Part shown: positions 1-6,102 of the stretch, one piece after another
Numbering within the stretch: position 1 is the stretch's first letter
Layout of the letters: every line of letters starts with the position of its first letter
NCBI GenBank assembly: GCA_034723415.1
Contig: JAYEOX010000011.1
Location: 3,715-16,375, forward strand
From: Fidelibacterota bacterium
GTDB taxonomy: Bacteria; Fidelibacterota; Fidelibacteria; Fidelibacterales; Fidelibacteraceae
DNA length: 12,661 nt
Reading direction: 5' to 3'
The notes under the pieces: model-generated
The model's input: the letters and a program-made list of their open reading frames with translations, nothing else
Database searches by the model: none
Told to the model about the DNA's origin: nothing
Position numbers and translations under genes: made by a program

Positions 1-1413
1 AAATTTTATAAAACCAATTAATCTCCAAACCAATAATAATACAATAGCATATAAAATAAATAGACCTATTGTGTACCAATAACCATAAAGTTCATTATTC
101 CAAAACATCATTGGGAAATTCATCATTATTAATAATGGCAATCCAATAAAAATTGCTATTGCACTACCATAAACTGCATCTTCAGCAATATTTGTTTTAA
201 ATTCGGGATCCATAACTCTATAAAGAACCAGCGCAGAATTGATTGTTCCTGTCATCTCTCCGAATATTCCAACGAATCTTTCAAATGGATAATCGTCAAA
301 TGCCCGATACGCTGCCCAATAAATTAATCCGGTTGTAGCAGCACCTCCCAAAACTGACATAAATAATATTGACATCCAGTATTTAATTACTATTGTAATT
401 GAAATTGCAGCTATTGAAGCTACAACAAGGTAATCAATTGCCACTCCTGTTATTCTATTCATTAAACCGGTGTCAATCACATAACTTCTTTTTGTAATAT
501 CCAAAATTTTCCTTGCACTCAACGACAAAATAATAGCAATTATAAAATGAAATGACCATAAAGTAGAAGCAAAATCCGTCAATCCATTATTAACAAGTAA
601 CCCAGTTAAAAATTTCACGACCCCATAAGTTGCTAAATAAATTGTTCCAATTAGACCTAATTGAAATGCCATCGATTCGATCGCCTCTGTAGCAAGTGGA
701 AGTTTTCCTGCAATTGGCTTTTCTGTTGTTTTTAAAACACCCATTCTTAAATCTGGAGTAATTTGATCCATACCGGTTATTAATTTTGTCTTCCTATTTT
801 TAATTCCATAGTTAATTAATCCCATTCCAACAAAAAAGGCAATTAGATATCCAATTGCAGCAAATGTTAATCCAACCAATCCACCACCTTCAAAACCAAA
901 TTTTTCCCAGTTATGACCAATTGAATATGCTAATCCAGGCCCCATTCCAAATCCCATAGGAACTAACATTCCAATACCGGGAAAGAGATCAGGCTTGATA
1001 GTATAAATCAAAGTAAATGCAACTAATAAGCCAATACTTGCTTGAACCAAATAAGTCATAATTGAAGTAATACTCTTGCTTAATGGCCCTTTCCCCCAGT
1101 GTGTTTTTTCTTTTCTTAATCCCATTACAATAAATGTCAAAGCCAATAAGTGATAAACATAAACACCAAGTCGATCTCCATTAAGTGGAATATATGCTTT
1201 TTGAGTATATCCTAATGCTCTAACTAATGCACCAAGTAATTGTGGTCCGAGTATTAATGCAAAAAAACCACCTAATATGTTATTTGGAATCAGATATCTT
1301 CTAAAAAACGGAACATATCTTCTCAAAGCAGTTCCAATCACTAAAAACATACTCAAAAATGCAAAATCAAGTACTGCATCTTTTAAATTTACACTTAAAT
1401 CCCATGGACTCAT
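1..1413 (-). CDS. Sodium/glutamate symporter (GltS/ESS family), 3'-truncated by the window edge
   Basis: Not in the ORF track; parts translated by hand. ATG at 1413 preceded by SD GGGAGGA. Begins MSPWDLSVNLKDAVLDFAFLSMFLVIGTALRRYVPFFRRYLIPNNILGGFFALILGPQ. Many hydrophobic segments, a re-entrant-loop-like GFGMGPGLA, and C-terminal FERFVGIFGEMTGTINSALVLYRVMDPEFKT typical of GltS-like transporters. The same frame is still reading hydrophobic sequence at base 1 (471 codons). Confidence 0.85.
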   Translation of the reverse strand, partial: MSPWDLSVNLKDAVLDFAFLSMFLVIGTALRRYVPFFRRYLIPNNILGGFFALILGPQLLGALVRALGYTQKAYIPLNGDRLGVYVYHLLALTFIVMGLRKEKTHWGKGPLSKSITSIMTYLVQASIGLLVAFTLIYTIKPDLFPGIGMLVPMGFGMGPGLAYSIGHNWEKFGFEGGGLVGLTFAAIGYLIAFFVGMGLINYGIKNRKTKLITGMDQITPDLRMGVLKTTEKPIAGKLPLATEAIESMAFQLGLIGTIYLATYGVVKFLTGLLVNNGLTDFASTLWSFHFIIAIILSLSARKILDITKRSYVIDTGLMNRITGVAIDYLVVASIAAISITIVIKYWMSILFMSVLGGAATTGLIYWAAYRAFDDYPFERFVGIFGEMTGTINSALVLYRVMDPEFKTNIAEDAVYGSAIAIFIGLPLLIMMNFPMMFWNNELYGYWYTIGLFILYAIVLLLVWRLIGFIKF

Positions 1414-1432
1414 ATTTCCTCCCGGTTAAATT

Positions 1433-2557
1433 TTATACTAATTTTTTTATATAACATCGTCTTCTTTTATGTTGTTTCTTTTCAAATAATTTCCATTGAT
1501 TTTGAATCTTATGGTTTGATTCTAACTCTGCATTTGTTTCACATTGCAAAATATTATTTTTAGAAAATATTGACATGAATTCTTTAAAAATTATCGCATT
1601 TATTCCATTTCCTTGCAATTTAGGATTTATACCAATAAGCAAAAATTCTACTTTATCATTTTTTTTCATTGCTTTAATAATGTGAAATAAACCAAATGGG
1701 AAAAGATGACCTTTCGCTTTTTGAAATGCTTTTGATAAAAACGGCATTGTAATTCCAAATGCCACAATTTTTTCATTTTTATCTACAATTATTGCGATAT
1801 AATCATTTTTAATAAATGATAAAAACTTTTCAATATACATATCTATTTGTTTATCTGTATATTTCATTACCCCAAAATTATCTTTATAAGTCATTTCAAT
1901 TAATTTAAATAATTCTCGTCCGTAATATCTCATCTCTTTTTTACTTTTGATTTCCAACTTTTTATAATCGTATTTGTTTTCAACATGATTTGCAATTTTT
2001 ATTATTTTTTCTGGAGTTTCAATAGGTTTTTTTATTATAAATTCAATCCAATCTACTTGTTTTTTGTAATTACATAATTCTAAATACTTTGAATAATAAG
2101 AATAATTATATATACCAGCTAAAGTGCCTATTTTTTGAAATCCTTCTATCAACATTCCTTGCGGATCAAAATTTGTAAAACCTAACGGTCCTTGTAAAGC
2201 AATCATTCCTTTACTTTTCGTCCATTTTTCCACTTCCACTAATAATTTTTTACAAACTTCAATATCATCGACAAAATCAATCCAGCCAAATCTTCCATGT
2301 TTTTTCCCAACTTTTTCTATATAAGGATTAGAAATTATTCCGGCGATTCTTCCAACTACTTTATTATTTTTATAAGCCAAAAAATATTTGGCTTCTCCAA
2401 CTTCAAAAAATGGGTTTTTATCTTTTCGCAAAACTTTCATTTCTTCTGAGATAATTGGAGGCACCCAAAATTCATTTCCTTTATATAATCTAAAAGGAAA
2501 TTTAATAAAACTCCTTAAATCTCTATTATTAGTAACTTCTTTTATTTTTATATCCAA
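1433..2557 (-). CDS. YghO-like tandem-GNAT protein; homologue of the bacterial ceramide synthase (bCerS) family
   Basis: 374-aa ORF with TTG start. Motifs FIKFPFRLYKGNEFWVPP, NPFFE, VVGRIAGII, GRFGWIDF, GPLGFTNFDPQGMLIEGF, YNYSYY, GHLFPFG, ELESN and C-terminal HKRRRCY match my recollection of the YghO/bCerS GNAT family. Confidence 0.75.
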   Translation of the reverse strand: MDIKIKEVTNNRDLRSFIKFPFRLYKGNEFWVPPIISEEMKVLRKDKNPFFEVGEAKYFLAYKNNKVVGRIAGIISNPYIEKVGKKHGRFGWIDFVDDIEVCKKLLVEVEKWTKSKGMIALQGPLGFTNFDPQGMLIEGFQKIGTLAGIYNYSYYSKYLELCNYKKQVDWIEFIIKKPIETPEKIIKIANHVENKYDYKKLEIKSKKEMRYYGRELFKLIEMTYKDNFGVMKYTDKQIDMYIEKFLSFIKNDYIAIIVDKNEKIVAFGITMPFLSKAFQKAKGHLFPFGLFHIIKAMKKNDKVEFLLIGINPKLQGNGINAIIFKEFMSIFSKNNILQCETNAELESNHKIQNQWKLFEKKQHKRRRCYIKKLV

Positions 2558-2682
2558 ATTGTTACCATAATTTATTTAAAATAGCAAAATGAATATATAA
2601 TTAAAGTATTAATGCCTCTCAATCCCCTCCTTTTGTTAAAGTTTACAATAAAAATTCAAAAATAACAAGAAATATTTTTTTA

Positions 2683-2711
2683 TTGTAAGATCAAAAATAA
2701 TTGTTTAAATT
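2683..2711 (+). promoter_or_regulatory. Candidate sigma70 promoter for the E2-like gene
   Basis: TTGTAA (2683-2688), 17 bp, TAAATT (2706-2711), 25 bp upstream of ATG 2737. AT-rich background lowers significance. Confidence 0.4.
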
Positions 2712-2736
2712 TAAATTAATTAATACAGAGGGAAGC

Positions 2737-3546
2737 ATGAAAAAAATAGATGTAGAAACACCTTGGCGCAAAACAGCAGTAGCAATTTATAAACAGCCCA
2801 GTGATTCAAAAACTTATGGAACTTTTGAAATTGATTTTGATAATGCACTTGCATTTATTAAAAAGAAAAAAAATCAAGGTGTAAAATTAACCGTAACTCA
2901 ATTACTTGCTTCTGCACTCGGTAAGGCATTAGAAATAGACGTCCCGGAAGTTAATTGTTACATTAAACGAGGAAATATATTCCCTCGTGAAGATGTCAGC
3001 ATCTTTATCTCTGTAAATATCAATGAAGGTAAAGAGATGGGCGGATTTGTAATCCGTAATATGGAAAATAAAACCGTAACCGATATTTCTAATGAAATGA
3101 AAGAAAGAGTAGAAAAATCCAAGAAGAAAAAAGATAAAGGTGCTGTCAAAAATAAAAATCTACTTTCAAGAATTCCTTGGCCATTTAGAAGAATGGTATT
3201 TGTTTTAATTAAATTTATTACTGTAAATTTGGGATTAAGTATAAAATTTTTGAATGTTTCACCACATTCATTTGGCAGTGCTATGATATCAAATATTGGA
3301 ACGCACGGATTACAATATGGTTTTGCCGCATTATTCCCCGCCTCCAACATTCCTATTGTACTTATTCTCGGTAAATTAGAGCCACGTCCGGTAGTAAGAA
3401 ATGGAAAGATCGTTATTCGTAATATATTGCCTTTGTCTGCTACATTAGATCATCGAATTATTGATGGCGGACAAGGAGGAAAAGTAGCAAAAGCACTTAC
3501 AAAATATTTGTCTAATCCTGAATTATTGGATAGGTTGGGTTCGTAG
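2737..3546 (+). CDS. Stand-alone 2-oxo acid dehydrogenase E2-type acyltransferase (catalytic domain only)
   Basis: Motifs GSAMISNIG, ILPLSATLDHRIIDGGQG (HxxxDG catalytic motif) and PVVRNGKIVIR. No lipoyl or E3-binding domain. Start moved from the track's TTG 2701 to ATG 2737, which has SD GAGGGA; 269 aa. Confidence 0.85.
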   Translation: MKKIDVETPWRKTAVAIYKQPSDSKTYGTFEIDFDNALAFIKKKKNQGVKLTVTQLLASALGKALEIDVPEVNCYIKRGNIFPREDVSIFISVNINEGKEMGGFVIRNMENKTVTDISNEMKERVEKSKKKKDKGAVKNKNLLSRIPWPFRRMVFVLIKFITVNLGLSIKFLNVSPHSFGSAMISNIGTHGLQYGFAALFPASNIPIVLILGKLEPRPVVRNGKIVIRNILPLSATLDHRIIDGGQGGKVAKALTKYLSNPELLDRLGS

Positions 3547-3558
3547 AGATACTTTTTT

Positions 3559-3667
3559 GCCGCGAATACGCTAATGTTCATATTAACTTATCAGTAGTTT
3601 TCTTTTTTCTTCCTAATTTATTCGCACATTAGCGGCTTTCTTCTTCTTTATTTATTCGCTTAGCAGC
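3559..3667. repeat. Cluster of GC-rich GC(G/T)AAT-based repeats at the 3' end of the GxxExxY gene (one inverted arm, one direct-repeat copy, one degenerate copy)
   Basis: GCCGCGAATACGCTAAT (3559-3575) is a 13/17 inverted match to ATTCGCACATTAGCGGC (3620-3636). A degenerate third copy TTATTCGCTTAGCAGC lies at 3652-3667. Confidence 0.8.
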
Positions 3668-4065
3668 ATTTTCCCATTCTTTAATTTTCTTTTCAAGAGC
3701 AATTCTTTTATGATTTAATCTTAATTCTCCAAAATTTACTATTAATGACAATTTATTTTTCGAAACTTTTAAATAATTAATCGCTTGCGCAATAAATTTA
3801 TCAGCTATTCCAGAAACAGCTTTTATTTCCAAAATATTTTTATCATAAACAACAAAATCGGCATAAAATTTATGTGGTAATATTGTGCCCTTATAATTTA
3901 CAACATATTCCTTTTCTCGCTCATAGACTATTCCGGAATTCTTAAATTCCAATTCCAATGCATCTTTATAAACTATTTCAGGAAAACCAGGTCCAAGATT
4001 ATTATGTACTTCATGCAAATTCCAATTAGATCATAACTTTCTTTTTTATAGATTAGTTTGCTCAT
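3629..4065 (-). pseudogene. GxxExxY family PD-(D/E)XK nuclease-like protein, frameshifted near 4012
   Basis: SD AAGGTGA and ATG 4065 give MSKLIYKKESYDLIGICM. Family sequence continues in another frame as EVHNNLGPGFPEIVYKDALELEF...FYADFVVYDKNILEIKAV...QAINYLKVS...LIVNFG. Adding one G (ATG-GAA versus observed ATG-AA) restores a 145-aa ORF; the uncorrected frame stops at TAG 3973-3975 after 30 aa. Confidence 0.85.
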
Positions 4066-4104
4066 AATAATCTCACCTTTTTTATCACATATAAATTATA
4101 ATTC

Positions 4105-4126
4105 TTATTCGCGCATTAGCGGCTTT
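4105..4126. repeat. 22-bp direct repeat upstream of the GxxExxY gene
   Basis: TTATTCGCGCATTAGCGGCTTT (4105-4126) versus TTATTCGCACATTAGCGGCTTT (3618-3639): 21/22 identical. Confidence 0.9.
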
Positions 4127-4134
4127 TTTTTCTT

Positions 4135-5193
4135 TTAATTATCTTTTAACAAACTCAATAATGAAAATTTTATTGCTATTAAATGACTTAATCCCAAGTC
4201 AGTATTTTTTAATGTATATTGTAAATTTAGTGATTTAAAATTTATTTCTGTTCCAATCATAACACCGCAATATTCTCTGTAACCAATTCCTAAATTAAAT
4301 AGTTTTTTATATCCAATCTGAATTGAAGGAATTATTTCAATATTACCAATTTCACTTAAATTTATTCCGTAATCTCTATTTTCTGAAATGATAAATACAG
4401 TTGAAATACCAGGATTTATATTAAAATTCATCAAATGAATCGGCATAATCCAATTTCCTGAAATTTTTGGAGGATATAATTCAACTTCTCCATTTGTATA
4501 AACAGTTGTAGCAGAAGGTAAATTTTCCACTTTATACAATGAATTTAGATATTTTCCTTCTTTGTATGCAAAAAAATCAAATAAAATACCAATTCCATTC
4601 TCTGCTATTAAATTTGAATAATAAAAATTCATTGTAATTCCGGTTTCGTACGATAGAATTTTTCTAAAAGGCATACCAATATTTACAATATAATTACTTA
4701 AACTTTTAAATGTAACATTATCATAATTGATCCTTTCGCCTGAATCAAATTCACCATTCCCCTCGCCGGTATCATTCGTTCCCGGAATTCCATCTTCACC
4801 AAAATCCATTAATGCATCTCTTGAATCCGGCACACTTTCAACTGCAATCCTCGAAATCATTATTCCTAAATTTCTATCTTTTGATAAATTGAATGTATTT
4901 GCCACAGAACTTGCTGTCAAATTATTGTCAAACCAAATCGAATGATATAAATAAAAATTGTTCCCACTTTCATTTTTCATTTTCAACGGATTCCAATTTA
5001 CATTCTCACTTCCATTATGAAGTAAACCAAAAACACCATAATACAATTCTCCACCGGGTCCGTTGATCAATTCTTTCATTTCATTGCCGTAACTTTTATA
5101 TTCAACGGCAAAAATTAGTTTGTTCATTATCGTAAGTAAAATTACAATTGGAATTACTATTTTGATTATTTTCTTATTTTTTATTTTTTTCAT
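4135..5193 (-). CDS. Exported protein, probable divergent PorV/PorQ-like outer-membrane beta-barrel with an acidic Ca-binding-type insert
   Basis: 352 aa. Basic N-terminus plus hydrophobic signal region; NWNP resembles the family YWNPA motif; amphipathic beta-strand pattern; C-terminal DLGLSHLIAIKF; insert DFGEDGIPGTNDTGEGNGEFDSGE. Confidence 0.55.
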   Translation of the reverse strand: MKKIKNKKIIKIVIPIVILLTIMNKLIFAVEYKSYGNEMKELINGPGGELYYGVFGLLHNGSENVNWNPLKMKNESGNNFYLYHSIWFDNNLTASSVANTFNLSKDRNLGIMISRIAVESVPDSRDALMDFGEDGIPGTNDTGEGNGEFDSGERINYDNVTFKSLSNYIVNIGMPFRKILSYETGITMNFYYSNLIAENGIGILFDFFAYKEGKYLNSLYKVENLPSATTVYTNGEVELYPPKISGNWIMPIHLMNFNINPGISTVFIISENRDYGINLSEIGNIEIIPSIQIGYKKLFNLGIGYREYCGVMIGTEINFKSLNLQYTLKNTDLGLSHLIAIKFSLLSLLKDN

Positions 5194-5201
5194 ATTAAGT
5201 T

Positions 5202-5230
5202 AATTTATCAAATTATTATATTGTTCCCAA
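5202..5230 (-). promoter_or_regulatory. Candidate sigma70 promoter for the PorV-like gene
   Basis: Minus strand TTGGGA, 17 bp, TAAATT, ending 8 nt before ATG 5193; no SD. Confidence 0.3.
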
Positions 5231-5248
5231 ATAAATAATTTCTAATTC

Positions 5249-5296
5249 CTTACCTCAATCTTAACCTTAACCTCAATCTCAAATTCAACCTTAATT
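5249..5296. repeat. Degenerate 6-bp tandem array (TYAAYC)
   Basis: cttacc tcaatc ttaacc ttaacc tcaatc tcaaat tcaacc ttaatt; the last unit overlaps the lolD stop codon. Confidence 0.8.
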
Positions 5297-5959
5297 CAAC
5301 TTCCCATCGATCAAAGTAAATCTCTTTTGAGCAATTTTACTTACCTCTTTATCATGAGTAACAAGAAAGAGCGTCTGTCCGAATTCTTGATGTATTTTTT
5401 GAAATAATTTTAAAACCATCTGCCCTGTTTCATGATCCAGATTTCCTGTTGGTTCGTCTGCAAGTAAAATATCCGGTTTATTAATTAATGCTCGTCCAAT
5501 TGCTGCTCTCTGCTTCTCACCGCCGGATATTTCAGATGGATAATGATGTCCTCTTTGTGTGATATTCAGAAATTTCATCAACTCTTCCGCAAGTCTAAAT
5601 GACTCCTTTTTTGTTTTTCCAAAAAGCATTGCAGGAATTGCCACATTTTCTAAAATCGTGAATTCCGGTAGTAAATAATGGAACTGATAAATAAATCCAA
5701 AATGCTTTAAGCGATATTCAGCCAATTCATTCTCTTTTAATTTTGTTAAATTCGTATTCAATAGATGAATTGATCCACTGCTTGGGGAATCCATAGTTCC
5801 CATAATATTCAATAGCGTTGATTTTCCCGAACCCGATGGTCCCATTAGTGAAATAAAATCGCCTTTTTCTAAATAAAAATCGATATTCTTTAAAACATTT
5901 AGTTCTTTATTTCCGGATGAATAATTTTTGTTTATCTTCTCAATTTTTAAAAGTTTCAT
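5291..5959 (-). CDS. lolD: Lipoprotein-releasing ABC transporter ATP-binding protein LolD
   Basis: Walker A GPSGSGKS, GFIYQFHYLLPEFT, signature SGGEKQR, DEPTGNLD, VTHD; follows two LolC/E-type permeases. Confidence 0.9.
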   Translation of the reverse strand: MKLLKIEKINKNYSSGNKELNVLKNIDFYLEKGDFISLMGPSGSGKSTLLNIMGTMDSPSSGSIHLLNTNLTKLKENELAEYRLKHFGFIYQFHYLLPEFTILENVAIPAMLFGKTKKESFRLAEELMKFLNITQRGHHYPSEISGGEKQRAAIGRALINKPDILLADEPTGNLDHETGQMVLKLFQKIHQEFGQTLFLVTHDKEVSKIAQKRFTLIDGKLN

Positions 5960-6010
5960 TTACTAATTCCTAATTTAATCTTATCCTTATTATAATTTAA
6001 AATAATTCTT

Positions 6011-6053
6011 TCTTTATGCTCTTTATATCTTTCTTTGCATTCTTTGCGAGAAA
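6011..6053. repeat. Degenerate 9-bp tandem array (TCTTTRYRN) ending CTTTGCGAGAAA
   Basis: tctttatgc tctttatat (ctt) tctttgcat tctttgcga gaaa. Confidence 0.65.
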
Positions 6054-6064
6054 TCTTCTTAACA

Positions 6065-6096
6065 TCCTAAACTCCTAAACCACTAAACTTCTAAAC
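6065..6096. repeat. 8-bp tandem array (NNCTAAAC) x4
   Basis: tcctaaac tcctaaac cactaaac ttctaaac. Confidence 0.85.
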
Positions 6097-6102
6097 CTCT
6101 TC

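Noticed and set aside
2701..2736. TTG start at 2701 for the E2-like gene
   Set aside because: It has no SD and overlaps the candidate -10 box; ATG 2737 has a clear GAGGGA SD.
4030..4050. Programmed -1 frameshift or slippage at the TAT AAA AAA GAA run of the GxxExxY gene
   Set aside because: The shifted frame hits a TGA before reaching the downstream ORF, and family similarity (YDLIGICM) continues in the original frame up to about 4012, where there is no slippery sequence.
3559..4126. CRISPR array or integron attC sites
   Set aside because: Only two good copies 487 bp apart with no regular spacers and no cas or integrase gene; no RYYYAAC/GTTRRRY boxes at the repeat ends.
4107..4134. Rho-independent terminator (GC-rich tract followed by a T run)
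   Set aside because: Only a 3-bp stem (CGC-ATTA-GCG) forms, and the T run is on the + strand while both flanking genes are on -. It is better explained as the direct repeat.
5249..6096. Phase-variable simple sequence repeats controlling lolD
   Set aside because: Units are degenerate rather than perfect, so slipped-strand switching is unlikely, and Lol transport is normally essential.
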